A stretch of DNA of 64,000 nucleotides from contig CAZUBA010000002.1 of the NCBI GenBank assembly GCA_964618565.1, forward strand, positions 20,029 through 84,028. Direction: 5' to 3'. The DNA is from an uncultured Candidatus Peribacteria bacterium. Its GTDB lineage: Bacteria; Patescibacteriota; Gracilibacteria; BD1-5; UBA2023. The notes below the pieces were generated by a model. The model was given only the letters and a program-made list of their open reading frames with translations. It did not search any database and was not told where the DNA came from. Below are positions 1 to 12,026 of this stretch, piece by piece (position 1 is the stretch's first letter; the number at the start of each line of letters is the position of its first letter). The position numbers were made by a program, and so were the translations under genes.

Positions 1-1331
1 TTATCATTTGATTTATAGATATTATTTATCAATTGAGTGCTTCCTCCATCATAGAAAATTTTAATATCCTTTGGAATCAAGGGTTTTTTAAATTGATCCA
101 CTTCATCCTGCATCTCTAGAAGAAGATTAGCAACATCCTGAAGTCTTTGTAGCATGAAACACGGGAACAATATTTTTCATTTCCGATCATAAGCTTCATT
201 TATAATAACTGCTAACTTTGCTTTTTCAGCTTTTCTTTCCGCATGTTGTCTTCATCCATACGTGGACTCTATCTGAAAAAAATCATATTTGAAAGGCGGT
301 ATATCTGGCTTATTGAGATAAAGAGGATCGAAGAACCTTCACAAGTCTCAAGAAAATCCAAGTGTTATCTCTCATCATTTTCAATCATCGACTATCAGAG
401 TTGCAATGCAAGAACCGAATACATGCTCAGCTCTATGAAATACAAGCTTTACTCAAGGCACAATTTGGTTTTCTTTTTCAAATCTGGTTCATTTCGTCAT
501 ACTGAGAAGCTTGCTTACATCATCTGCAGTATAGAATATCCTGCTCTCAATAAGCTTCTTGGTATTGCTGAACATTCCTCCAAGTTGCTTTACATCAGGT
601 ATTCACGCAAGTCTGAATTGTGCTTCTATTTTATTTATTACTTCTTGAATTGCCTCGTTTGTTCTTATGTCTCTATTGTGCAAAAGCTGCTTTTTCAACT
701 TTCTATCATGGTCATTTAATTTTTGCTTCTTAAGAGTCTTATAAAGGATAGATAGAATTGATGCTTGCTCTTTAAGCATCAAACATTGTTTTTCCAGAAT
801 TCTAAGCCTCTTTTCAGCTTCCTTCTTCATTACATCAACTGAATCTTTCAGCATTATTTCAAGAAGATCACGTCAAACATGGGAAGTAAAAGCAACTCAT
901 TCAAAAGATTTTTTTGATGTTGTGACTATATTTCCATCAGTAATCTTATTGCTTCATGTTATCATCATAGGAGCGCGTCAGCAATGATCCATATGCGCAT
1001 GCGTAAATACCATTGCATCTATGCTCGCTGGACTGAAAGGCAGTACTTGATTCCTTTCAAAATCAGTCTCTCTTTGTCACTGAAAAATTCATAAATCGAT
1101 AACTATGCTTTTGCTATCATTTCAACTTCTCTTTATATCAATCCTTGTACAGGATCAAGTAACACCATCACTTCATCAAGGTAAGGTTATTTTGATATCA
1201 AGAAGTTCAGTCACTTGCTTGTTGACCTTATTGACTAAGGCATCCGTTTGTTCACACACCACTGCTTCACTTATTTCTTGAGTTGAAACTATGTCTCACT
1301 CTGGTAAAGCATTCTGAACTTCTCTACTCAT
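1..1331 (-). CDS. MBL-fold beta-CASP RNA-metabolising hydrolase (RNase J/CPSF73-like); C-terminus lies beyond the window edge
   Basis: ATG at 1331-1329. Frame is open to nt 1 when TGA=Gly (checked by triplets). Motifs FTHAHMDHCGRAP (HxHxDH) and IESTYGGR (beta-CASP). Confidence 0.75.
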
Positions 1332-1452
1332 AGTAATATTTTATAAAAATATGATTATCCTTCTCCTTAATGTATTGGCTAAGCTTAATTTAAATTTAAG
1401 AATCTTTGAGCATGTATTATCATATCGGATTATTCTATTCTTTATTTGATTT

Positions 1453-4400
1453 TTACTCTTTCTCCTTAATTGATTTCAATATCTCTAGCAATTCATCTTT
1501 TCTAAATCTTAATTCAAGAGAATCATTCTGTGAATCAAATGATTGTGAGCAAGAAGTATCCTTATCGTTAACAATTATGTAATCATTTTCAATAAGCAAT
1601 TTAGCATCATCTTTTGAAATCTTATATTTTGTACTTATGTATGCATCAAGCTGATCAGATTCAATGGATATTTCTCAAACAGGCTCATTGCCTTCTGATT
1701 TTCATTTTCTTTTAAGGCGATCGATAAATTCTTTTAGCTTATCTTTTTCAAAATAAGTATTGAGTTCATCTTTCTCGGCATCAAATATCTGCTCATTAAC
1801 TGCTAAGGCTCAATTCACTTTTATCTTATTGTTTTCAATTAGTAAATCTGCATCTTCAATAGGAATCTCAAACAAAAGGCTTATGTATTCTTTCAGATCA
1901 AACACACCAACCAGCTTGAGATCATCCTTTGCCTTGAGTGCTTTCAGGATATCATTCATCTCCGCTTTATTAAATAACAAGACAAGATCATCTTTTCTTG
2001 GATTATAAGACTGAAGATAGAATGTATTTTTGCCATTTACTCTTATGAGCTGATTATCTATAAGAAGCTTAGCATCTACTTTGGATACCTTAAGCATCTT
2101 GCTGATATGCAGATTCAGCTTAATGCTCTTACCTCATTTTCTGGATTTTTCAATTTTCTTCTCTAATTGGACATGTCTTTCATAGGCTTCTCATATCTCT
2201 TCAAATCTTTGCTTATCCGTATCGCTCATCCTTCTGTTTTGCGAGCTTCAGATAGGTGTATCATAGTGTTTCTTGTATGGGTTTGCCAAGAATTCTACGA
2301 TTCTAGGATCTTTTGAGAGGATTATGGTATCAACAAGATAATTCTTATCATCTTTATAGAATGTAAGTGTCTTAGGAATATCCTCCATATAGAACCTCTT
2401 AATAAGCCGAGGCAAGAAAATTGCAAGCAGTTTAGTGAATCTCACGATATTGAATTCTCATTTATCAGTTCAAGAATATGATTTTATCAGTTTCTTGACG
2501 CCATAATTGTTTTTGACAAGATATTCAGGAAGCCATAGGAAAGAATTTATATCTCTGAGTTTTTCTTTAGGAATATCATTTATAAGATCAATGATATTCA
2601 TTCATCCGAAATCATCTTGCAGATCATCTAATTCTCTAGGAGTAAAGCTTCTTCATTTCTTTTTTGTGATTTCCGCTTTCTTATCGAATACCTGATTAAG
2701 ATCCTTGAATTCACCATCGGTATGGGTATAGATAACCTCATTAAGCATAGACTCATCTACTTTTGATACGAAAAGAAGCAGAGGCGTATCCTCATTGCCA
2801 TCTACTCATCAGATAATAAACGGAAGTCAGACATATCTGTGTTTTTCATCTGCAAAAATCACAGAAGTTTTTGGCTTAATGAAATCACCCATTCCCTTAT
2901 TATGGAAAATATTAGCATCCTCCATGTATTCAAACAAATTATTAGGAATTCCATGTAGTATTGATTTAACTATATTTTCAAAATGCTTACTCTGATTTTT
3001 CTTGTCCTTGTTATTATGATAATTTATTTCATGTCAAGAATTTTCAAGCCTGACTTTAAGTATGTCTATCGTACCGAGTATTTCTAGGATTTTCTTTTGC
3101 TTGACTCAAATAGAGGTAAGATCTACAAGTTCAAAGAGCATCTTCTCTTTTCAATTCATAGCATATTCCTTAAAAAGATTCAATTCCTGTTTATTTACTC
3201 AAAATTCTATTAATTTAGCTATATCAGTATCTTTTAGGGGTTCTCTGGTTGTAATGAACTTGAACATTTCCCTTTGGGCGATCAAATCGGAATTTCTCTT
3301 ATATTTTTTAAGTACGAATTCTTTCCATGATTCATTCTTACCAAGAAATCATTTATGGGATATGATTGAACATATGTCTATCATATCTCCAGAACAATCC
3401 AACTTGAATGATGCCTTAAGCATCTTTCAAACAAATGGATCAAGTGGAAGTGTCAATAATTCCCTACCTAATTTAGTCGGTACATGATCTTCTCAGATAG
3501 CTCAAATCTTGAGCAGATTATCATAAGACAGTTGAATAAGATCAATATTGGGCTCATGTATAAAAATCCTTTTTCGTTCTGATTCATCCTTTGCTAATTC
3601 TCATTTCAATTCTTTCATCAAATCTTTTCAGATAGAGAGAGATAGTAAAATATATCTTTCTAATGTGACATCTTCTATTTCTCATGATGGGAAATCTGGC
3701 AGATCCTCATATTTGGTGTCATTTGCAAAGATTCAAAGTCATTCTCCTATTCTTCCAGCTCTTCCCGCTCATTGATCAGCCTCTGCTTTTGAAATGACTT
3801 CTACCCTTAATTCTGGAACTCATGTTTTTGAGTTTACTTTAAGGCTCTTCTTTAATCAGTTATCGACAACTGAATTGATATATGGTATAGTGAGGCTTTC
3901 TCTTGCAACATTTGTAGCTATTATGACCACAGTCTTATCTCAATGTTTCTGCATCAATCGTTTTTGCTCGTCAATAGGAAGTTCTGAGTGAAGCGGGAGG
4001 ATTTCATATTCTTCATCATTCAGATGCAATCTCAATTCTTCCATAGTACCTTCAATTGTCTTCTTTCATTCAACAAAAGCTAGTACATTTTTCTTGTTTT
4101 TAGCTTGATTTATTATACTATAGAGAAATTCTCAACCAGAGATATATTCGCGAGTCAACTTGTGCGGTCTTCATTCGATTTTGATAAGAGGGATTTTTGT
4201 GGATATATCTTTAAAATATTCAGTGATAAGCTCATAATCTATAGTTGCTGACATTAGGACAAGTTTTGTCCGATCTTTAACATTCTTTTTAAGTTGCTCA
4301 AAGATAAAATCTTTCATCATCTTAAGAAGAAACTCTGTGGGAACGCTATATGTATGGAGTTCATCCATTATAAGTATATCAGGATTGATTCATGTGAAGA

Positions 4401-4902
4401 ACTGCCTTAATAACTGAAGTCAATCTGTCACATAAAGCAGTTCAGAAAAATTTGATGATTTTGTTTCTTTTCAGGTCCTATATCAGACTTTATGTCAAAT
4501 TGAATAATAAGGATCCCCTGTAGTCGCAAATAAGCCTGTACAAGTAAATTCACATGCATTTAAGGCTGCGATGATTCTCGGTTCCGATATGACAACCTTT
4601 AAGCCTTTTCATAAAAAAAGCTTAGGAGTTTCTGTTGTCTTGCCTGATCATGTCTTACCGTTTATAACAGTAATTAATTCTGAGTGAACGCTATCTATTA
4701 TCTCCTTTGTCTTATCTCCAGCACTTTTGTTATGAAAAGGCAAATCATATATTGACTTGATGATCTGATCCCTTTCTTCTCTGTGAATGATTTTTCATTC
4801 AACATCCATAATGCTTCAATCTGTTTGGATTCAAGGCGTGTAGATGCTTCAGTTGAATTGAAATCAAGGAAGTACGTTTGAATCGTTATTTGATCAAGGC
4901 AT
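1453..4902 (-). CDS. DEAH-box ATP-dependent helicase, HrpA/HrpB-like, with C-terminal S4-like repeats
   Basis: 1149-codon frame with no TAA/TAG (checked by triplets). Motifs GKTGSGKT (one Gly is TGA), IIMDELH, MSAT, IATNVARESLTIP, QGAGRAGR. TAA at 1455-1453. Confidence 0.8.
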
Positions 4903-5044
4903 TAAATTCATTTTTTGCATTTATGATTTACATTTTTTTTATACTCATTTTTGTATGCTTGTCAATACTTTTGACCAAGAAATTTTTCTTTAAAAAAAAC
5001 TAATTTCAGACTTTTAGAGCATCTGAAATAATTGATTTCTTAAA

Positions 5045-6010
5045 TTACTTGGATTTTGAAATATTCACATTAAGCAACCTTAATTTTTCCTTTAATTCTT
5101 TCAATGGCTTATTAGCTGATTTCAATTTGAATAATTTTTTAATAATCATTTCAAGTTGCGATGAATATGAGCTTCTGATTTCAGGATTCTTAATATCTCC
5201 TATCTTTTGCCTTGATGACTCAATACTATTTTCAATTTCAGAAACAAGCTCGTTGTAGGCTCTGGCATTCCTCTCTTTTATTGAGTTAGGATTATGCGCT
5301 GGCTTTGTTAACTTATAGTTTACAGGATCGGCGGCTCTTGGCTCCTCTTTCTTTCCCTTCTTTAACTTTCTTGGCATTTTTTCCTTATTGGCTTTTTTGA
5401 AAGCCCGCTCATCGCTATTTATTTTGCTTATCAATCTTTTTCTGAACGCAATGATGATCTTCAATTTTTCAATTCTCTCTAAATCACTTATTCTAAGTCT
5501 TTCTTTTTCTTCTTTTAACTTTTCTTTTTCAGGATCTTTTGCCTTTTCTTTCTTAATCTTCTTGATTGGCAACTCCTTTAAATCAGCTTCAATTTGAGCT
5601 GGCAGGCAAGTCGTCTCCTGTGCATCATTTGATTCTGCCATAGAATTAATATGATCATGTTTGGCCTTATCTAAAAGCGAGAATTGTTGTGCTCATCAAA
5701 TATTGAACAATTCTCTCAATAAAAGCACGGAATCCCTATTAATATTTACATTTTCTTTCAATAAAACCTTATAAATGAACATTACAGCCTCGACAGGATC
5801 TATTTTATGAAGATCGTTTTTATTGACTATTCATCTGATATAATCCCTTAGGACACTTGCACTGAGCTCTCTTGTTTTTCAAGACATCACTCCAGCAACT
5901 TTTGATCACACTTCATCCTTCACTTGCCCTGAATACGCTCATTTATGTTTAACGTCTGGAACATTTCCCTCGGATAACTTGCTTAATATTTGATTCCTAA
6001 TTTCAGACAT
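5045..6010 (-). CDS. hypothetical Lys/Glu-rich protein (321 aa)
   Basis: ATG 6010-6008 is in frame with the 198-aa track ORF. It is joined through TGA codons and has no TAA/TAG. A hairpin plus T-run lies downstream at about 5003-5030. Confidence 0.6.
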
Positions 6011-6234
6011 GTATATAATGTAAAGGATATATATTATGCACTGATTTATACTACTTTTTGGATATATGTCAATACTCAAAAACTTATATTTTTTTTAAAA
6101 ATTACACTCCACAAATTAGTTATAAAAAAATTTGACTTAAGTGCCTATTTCTATACAATGCAACCACTTTTGAATAAAAAGAGCTTTATTCAAGCATTTT
6201 TTATTCGTTTTTTACTTTTATTATTAGACTATAG

Positions 6235-6507
6235 ATGCCAAATACATCGTCAGCAAAGAAAGCTTTGAAACAAAGCCTTACAAACAGATCAAGAAATAAA
6301 CATTTCTCTGCATTATATAAAGAAAACGTGAAGGCTCTTGAAAAAGCTGTAAAAGCGTGAGAGACTAAGGAAGTTCCAGCTTTGTTGGCTGAAGTATATT
6401 CTTCTATTGATAAATTATCTAAAAAGAATATAATCCACTCTAACAACGGTAGCAGGAAAAAATCCAAATTCGCTAAGTTGGCAAAATCTTTATCGCTAAA
6501 AGCATAA
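6235..6507 (+). CDS. rpsT: 30S ribosomal protein S20
   Basis: MPNTSSAKKALKQS...NIIHSNNGSRKKSKFAKL. One internal TGA read as Gly. TAA stop. Confidence 0.85.
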
Positions 6508-6510
6508 TTA

Positions 6511-7023
6511 ATGGCCAAAGACAATAAACGGATTAATGAAGACATCAAGGCATCCAGAGTAAGCGTTATAAGCGCAACCTGAGAACAGCTTTGAGTATTG
6601 CCCATAGAAAAAGCTCTAGAGCTGGCAGAAGCATCAGAAATGGATTTAGTTGAGATTTGAGAACAAGATTGAGTGGTACTTACCAAAATATTGGACTACT
6701 GAAAACTTCTATTCAAACAACAGAAGAATATCTCAAAAGCAAAAACCAACTCCAAAAAAACTGAACTTAAGACAATCAGATTGACATATAGGATTTGAGA
6801 TCATGACCTTGATATAAGAAGAAATCAATCAATAAAATTCGCAAAAGACTGACATCCGCTAAAAGTAGTGTTGATGTTAAAATGAAGAGAAAACCAATAT
6901 GCCGCACAGGCACAAGAAAAAGTTACAGAGTTCGTCAATTCTCTAGAAGAATTATACAAACTTGACTGAAGGGTTACAAAAGCCGGAAACACATTCTATG
7001 CAATGCTGCATCCGAAAAAATAA
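6511..7023 (+). CDS. infC: translation initiation factor IF-3
   Basis: RINEDIKASRVSVISATGEQLGV...LDYGKLLF...LKGRE. The conserved GEQLG and DYGK glycines are TGA codons. Confidence 0.9.
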
Positions 7024-7052
7024 TTTAATTTAATCATTTTTTATAACATCTT

Positions 7053-7250
7053 ATGAAAGCAAAGACACACTCTGGAGCTAAAAAAAGAGTAAAAGTTACC
7101 GGAACTGGTAAGTATATCCTAGAAAAATCTTGTAAAAGACATTTGCTTAGCGATAAATCTAAAAAAGCTAAAGGAAGAAACAAATATGGAGTAGAAGCGA
7201 GCTCAGCAAATGAGAGATCACTTAAACAAAGCCTACCAAACGGACTATAG
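7053..7250 (+). CDS. rpmI: 50S ribosomal protein L35
   Basis: MKAKTHSGAKKRVKVTGTGK... Intact ORF in the track. TAG stop. Confidence 0.9.
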   Translation: MKAKTHSGAKKRVKVTGTGKYILEKSCKRHLLSDKSKKAKGRNKYGVEASSANERSLKQSLPNGL

Positions 7251-7309
7251 TAAGAAAGGTTGCCCCATTTTTCAAATTATAGATTAATAACTATTTACCA
7301 AAAAAGATT

Positions 7310-7654
7310 ATGACAAGAGTAAAGAGAGGTCTTATGACTCGCAAAAGACACAACAACCTACTTGCAAAAGTTAAAGGTTTCAGAATGATGAACGGAAATG
7401 TTTTCTCTAGAGCAAAAAATGCTCTTGCAAAAGCATGAACTAATGCGTACATCGGTAGAAAACTTAAGAAAAGAGATTTCAGAAGCCTTTGGACTATAAG
7501 AATCAATACAGCTGTTAGACAATATGATATTAACTATTCGACTTTCATCAACCTTCTATACAAGAAGAATGTAAAAATCGATAGGAAAGCTCTTTCTAAT
7601 CTAGCTATTGCTTATCCAGAAGTTTTCAAGAATATCGTTGATTTCGTGAAATAA
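7310..7654 (+). CDS. rplT: 50S ribosomal protein L20
   Basis: MTRVKRGLMTRKRHNNLLAKVKGF...KRDFRSLWTIRINTA. A TGA sits where E. coli L20 has Gly (AVIKAGQYAY). Confidence 0.92.
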
Positions 7655-7664
7655 TTATACACTC

Positions 7665-7696
7665 AAAAAACCGTCAGAGCAATCTGGCGGTTTTTT
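7665..7696 (+). terminator. rho-independent terminator after rplT
   Basis: Stem ccgtcaga/tctggcgg with loop gcaa, followed by TTTTTT. Confidence 0.7.
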
Positions 7697-7737
7697 ATTG
7701 ATTATAAATTAATAGGATTATTCTCCCCTATTTGAAA

Positions 7738-8064
7738 TTAAGTTCTTCTTATTGCTGTATTAATGTTTTTCATTTCATTGACCTTATCTTTTAATTCCTT
7801 CATTTCCTTTAATCTTTGTATCTTATTCTTGAGATCCAAATAATTCTTATTATGTTTTTTTACAAAGATCAGCTTAAGGAAGATGGCAATTCCTATGAGT
7901 ACTGTAAATATCGCAAAAATAGGCATTTCAAGCTCCCAAAACGCGTTATAGAACGCGTGAAGTGTGACTGAAAGGAAAAAGCCTGTAAACATGTATTTCA
8001 TGTAGTAATATTTTGAAATTGAATTTATATTCATAAAAGGTATCCTTTTGAATCTTTTCAGCAT
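7738..8064 (-). CDS. small membrane protein with C-terminal charged coiled coil
   Basis: 108-aa ORF bounded by an upstream in-frame TAA. Hydrophobic helices and an HAFYNAF motif. The PrsW-like resemblance is only weak. Confidence 0.5.
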   Translation of the reverse strand: MLKRFKRIPFMNINSISKYYYMKYMFTGFFLSVTLHAFYNAFWELEMPIFAIFTVLIGIAIFLKLIFVKKHNKNYLDLKNKIQRLKEMKELKDKVNEMKNINTAIRRT

Positions 8065-8170
8065 CTTGGTCGTTTTTGATATTTCCAGATTATCGATAAG
8101 TTCGAATTAAATTACGTATGTAAAAAAAGCTGGTTCACCAAAAAATGCAGCTGGCAATAAAATACATCTA

Positions 8171-8206
8171 AAAAAATATCCGGGAAATTCCCGGATATTT
8201 TTTTTA
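8171..8206. terminator. palindromic terminator downstream of rlmN
   Basis: Perfect palindrome atatccgggaa/ttcccggatat flanked by an A-run and a T-run. Confidence 0.65.
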
Positions 8207-8243
8207 TTATTCATTAAATATGAGCACTAAGTTATTCAGGGGC

Positions 8244-9314
8244 TTATCCTATGCTAGAAAAATCGCCACTTTCTCTTCATTCCCGTGTCGCCAATTGTCA
8301 GCATGCCGCATCTATGTCATCCCCCATTGTGTGTCTGATAGTTGATTGTAATCATACGTCAAATAGGATATTCTGGAATTCTTTGATCCTGCTTTTTGAA
8401 GTGGATTTCATTTCAGATTCACTGTCCCCTTCCCCTTCATTATAAGGGATGAAATTAACATGGGCAAGTTTTCATCTTAATAGTTCGGCAAGATCTTTTG
8501 CATTTTCAAGCGAATCATTTACTCAAGCAATCATTATATACTCATAGAATACCTTTTTATTGGTTTTGGCCACATATTCTTCCAAAGCTGGCATCAGCAT
8601 GCTTAATGGGTACATTATGTTGCAAGGCATAATGCTTTTCCTCAGTTCATCAGTTGCTGCATGCAGGCTTATGGCTAAAGAAGTCTGAGGGAAATCAGTT
8701 CAGAATTTCTTTATTCATGGCACGATTCAGCAAGTTGATATGGTAACTCTTCTGTTGGAAAAATCCAACTTATTTTGACTGCATACGATTTCTATAGACT
8801 TCTTGACATTCTCATAATTAAGAAATGGCTCTCACATTCACATGTACACGATATTCCTTAGGTTTTTTCATTCTGAATCAAGAAGCTTAGAGGCAAAAAG
8901 GATTTGTTCGACAATTTCATAAAACTCAAGATTCCGAGTAAATCAAAGTTTTCATGTTGCACAAAAAGCACAAGCCATCGGGCAACCCACTTGGCTTGAT
9001 ACGCAAAGGGTGTTCCTTCAAGAAAGGTGTCGCATTATTACAGCCTCCAGAAAATTTCAATCGGTAGTTTCAAAAAGCAGTTTTGTTGTCTGTCAATCTT
9101 CTGAAGTAATGTTTTTCTTAAGCTTAAGGCAAGAATAGAAGAAATTGTTATTCAGTATAGTTTTTGAAACTTTTGAAATCGTGGTGATATCATCATATTT
9201 TTTGATGAAATTCTTATAAATCGCATTTTCGATTTGAGCGTATCTGAAAGGCTTTTCTCAGTTTTCAATCAAGATTCTCTTTAGGTTCTCTTCATCATGT
9301 ATAGAGTACATCAT
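8244..9314 (-). CDS. rlmN: 23S rRNA/tRNA adenine-C2 methyltransferase RlmN (radical SAM)
   Basis: 356 aa. Motifs SSQVGCPMACAFCATG (CxxxCxxC), GMGEPFLNYENV, NFIPYN. TAA at 8246-8244. Confidence 0.88.
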
Positions 9315-9411
9315 AATAGTTTAAAAAATTAACTTGCCCATTGTACAGATATATTTAAAAAATCAATTCACATTTCATTCACTGTAATCTCACCATATTT
9401 TCACGCGTGCC

Positions 9412-9657
9412 CTATTGCAATTGTTCAAATATCCTTACTATTCCCTTTGCCAAAGAAAAACCCTTTTCGAATGAGAAGGGTTTTAACTTATAAGTTTGAG
9501 AATTGGAATTATTGAATTTTTCTTGTTCAGCATATATTTCATACCTCATTTTTTGAAGCTTCATAATAATTGATTCATGTTCAATAGAAGTACAGAAGAT
9601 TACACGAATCAGTGTCTTTGAAAAAATTTGAGATCCTTGTTCTGAAAACATGGGCAA
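9412..9657 (-). CDS. small ORF, or the frameshifted true C-terminus of the 9509..10252 gene
   Basis: 81-codon TGA-free frame ending in TAG. It opens immediately after an in-frame TAG at about 9661-9663. Confidence 0.35.
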   Translation of the reverse strand: MPMFSEQGSQIFSKTLIRVIFCTSIEHESIIMKLQKMRYEIYAEQEKFNNSNSQTYKLKPFSFEKGFSLAKGIVRIFEQLQ

Positions 9658-10252
9658 TCTCTAATACATTGCTATCTAATCAAAGTTCATCATCCATTTC
9701 CGGTGACTCATTTTTTGTTGAGGTCCACAATTTGCAATTTCAATTATCATTGATATGGAATCCCAATAGATTAAGCAAATTCATCCTTTTCTCTTCAATT
9801 GATTTTCAAGGCAGCAAAAGCGCACAGTGATCAATTTCATCAATAGTAGGAATTTTTAATTTGAATTTTTTAAGGTATTTTTCTCATTTTTCAAGAGAAT
9901 CAAGAAATATATAAGAAAACTCCCAATATAATTCTCAGATTCTTAATCAGTTTTCATCAATCTCTACTTGTTCTGATAAATCCTTTCTTATCTTAAGGTT
10001 AAGCCTATTTTCATATTTCCATTTTTCCAGCAGGTCTCGCGCTCGTTCGATTCTGTTTTTTGGAATAGCATTATAAGCTTTTGTTTCATTATTGAATGAG
10101 GTCATTCAATTTGAAATCCTATTTACTGTTTTCTTGGTTCAAGAAATAGCTCCTTCAGCCAAAGAGATTTCCTTGGTATTATCAAAGACATCTTGATGTT
10201 CAAGATGTCTGTCTGGTTTTTTATATTGATCGAATTGGTAAATTTTTGCCAT
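9509..10252 (-). CDS. hypothetical protein; 3' end uncertain (possible frameshift near 9650-9660)
   Basis: ATG at 10252, 9 nt after the upstream stop. Frame is open to TAA 9511-9509. The last roughly 50 codons look non-protein-like and overlap a cleaner ORF in another frame. Confidence 0.5.
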
Positions 10253-10260
10253 ATCAATAT

Positions 10261-11832
10261 CTATTTATTCTTAGAGAAATAATATAATATCTGTGCTATT
10301 TGTCCGCGATTAAAAACATTATTAGGTTCAAACTTATTTCATTTTCCTGTCGATGGGAATACAGAAGTGAATGTCTCTATATAAGGAGAATACCAGTCTG
10401 TTGAAACCACATCTATAAATCAGGCATTTCAAGAATTGATTAATATTTTATTTGAAGCCTTTATGAGCATTGTGACAAATTCAGCTCGGGAGATAGTATC
10501 ATTTGGCCTGAACTGTTTATTCCTTGCAATAAGTCAAAGATCTATTCATTTTTGAAGATAAGGAACTATGAAGGCTCAGCTTTTAATATCATTGAATGGA
10601 AGAGACCTTTGTGAATCTAGGGCTATATTATATAATTTGAATACAAATATAAGTCATTCCTGTCTTGTCAAGGTATTTCATGGTTTGAATTCTCAATCTT
10701 CAAAACCTCTTGTGATAGATTTATCATAAAGATATTTAGTCGCTCAAAATAATTTTGAAGATTTTGGTATATCTCTGAAAACAACTCATTCCGGAAGAGG
10801 CTGAAGCGCAATTGGCGCAGGAGCAATTACTGGAGCGGGCACTACTGGTGTTGTATCGGCAACATTGACTGCAGGCGTCTCTATAGCTAAGACGGGACTT
10901 TCAGCTGTCTTTGGAGGATCTTGCAGTGATACGACAGGATTAGGAGTTTGTTCGCTAGCATTTATGGTATCTATAATCGGAGCAGAATTCATTTTTGGCT
11001 CTTTTGCAAGATTGTTTTGGATGAATTCCATAGGATGTATTGTAAAAGCAATTGCATTTTCCTTGCCTAGTCATGCATCTACCGCTCAGAAGAAATCCAG
11101 GCTTACATTCTTTGCATCTTGGAAGGTATATGGCCAGTACGGATGAAATGGTGATACTTTCTTATCTATCTGAAAATGCAGATGCGGAGTTGTAGTGATT
11201 CATGTCATTCAGACTTTTCATAAGACATCTCCTCTGGAAATCTTTGATCATTCTTCGACGAATATATCATTCAAATGCTCATAAGAAGAGTAAAGGGTTT
11301 CTATGATGCCTCAATTCTTGACATCATCATGACGGATCACCACATACTTACCATCTCAAGTTTCTGTATTTTTGACTTTAATAACAACTCAATTAGCTAT
11401 GGATAATACTGGCGTTCAGATGGGAGCCCTGATATCGACCCCCGGATGGCTTCATGCATATTCTTGATAATCCAACTTATAATTGCCCATATAGACTACA
11501 GGATAAGTATATCTGGCAAGAATGGCTTCTTTATTTTGTCCAGAAGCATCATCAAGCAATCTGGTATCATATTTCGGAAGCTCTATGAATTCGTCTACCC
11601 CTAATGTGGCCGATGAAAAATCGATTGATTTATTGGTATTTTTTGATTTCAGCCAATTGGGGACAAATGCAATAGGATATGCTGTTCCATCATATGCATC
11701 TGATTTGATATTTGAATATTCCATCACAGAAGATTTGATGAACTTTATTCAATATACGGAAGCAAATAAGCATAACAGAAGCACAAGATTGAATCCTAGA
11801 AGCTGCATGAGAACATTTGATTTTCTTACCAT
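10261..11832 (-). CDS. M23 (LytM) family peptidase with C-terminal SLH-like repeats
   Basis: 523 aa. N-terminal TM segment; HPGVDIRAP and TTTPHLHFQI motifs; Pro/Ala/Val linker. Two repeats of the FRDIP...GFEDGEFKPGNTLTRQE and F.DV..DWYSPYIE type. Confidence 0.8.
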
Positions 11833-11977
11833 AATTTGTTTTTATATTTACACTGCTTAAATTTTATCACAAATTTTCTTTAAACGCAAAAAAAGTTAAT
11901 ATTTAATAAAAATGAAGATGAAATACTTAGGTTCATCATAGGGCATTTAAGAAAATATGGACTAAAACCATATGAAT

Positions 11978-12010
11978 AAAAAACCTCAATGACTAGATTG
12001 AGGTTTTTTA
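11978..12010 (-). terminator. terminator of the surface-protein gene
   Basis: Stem cctcaat/attgagg with A/T runs on both sides. Confidence 0.6.
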
Positions 12011-12026
12011 GAATTTATTTCTTTAA

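Noticed and set aside
243-719. A 158-aa plus-strand ORF at the window start. Similar cases are 6201..6686(-), 23473..23985(+) and 62966..63460(+).
   Set aside because: All lie antisense to recognisable recoded genes: the beta-CASP RNase, rpsT/infC, the YdeN hydrolase and aspS. Their translations are low complexity.
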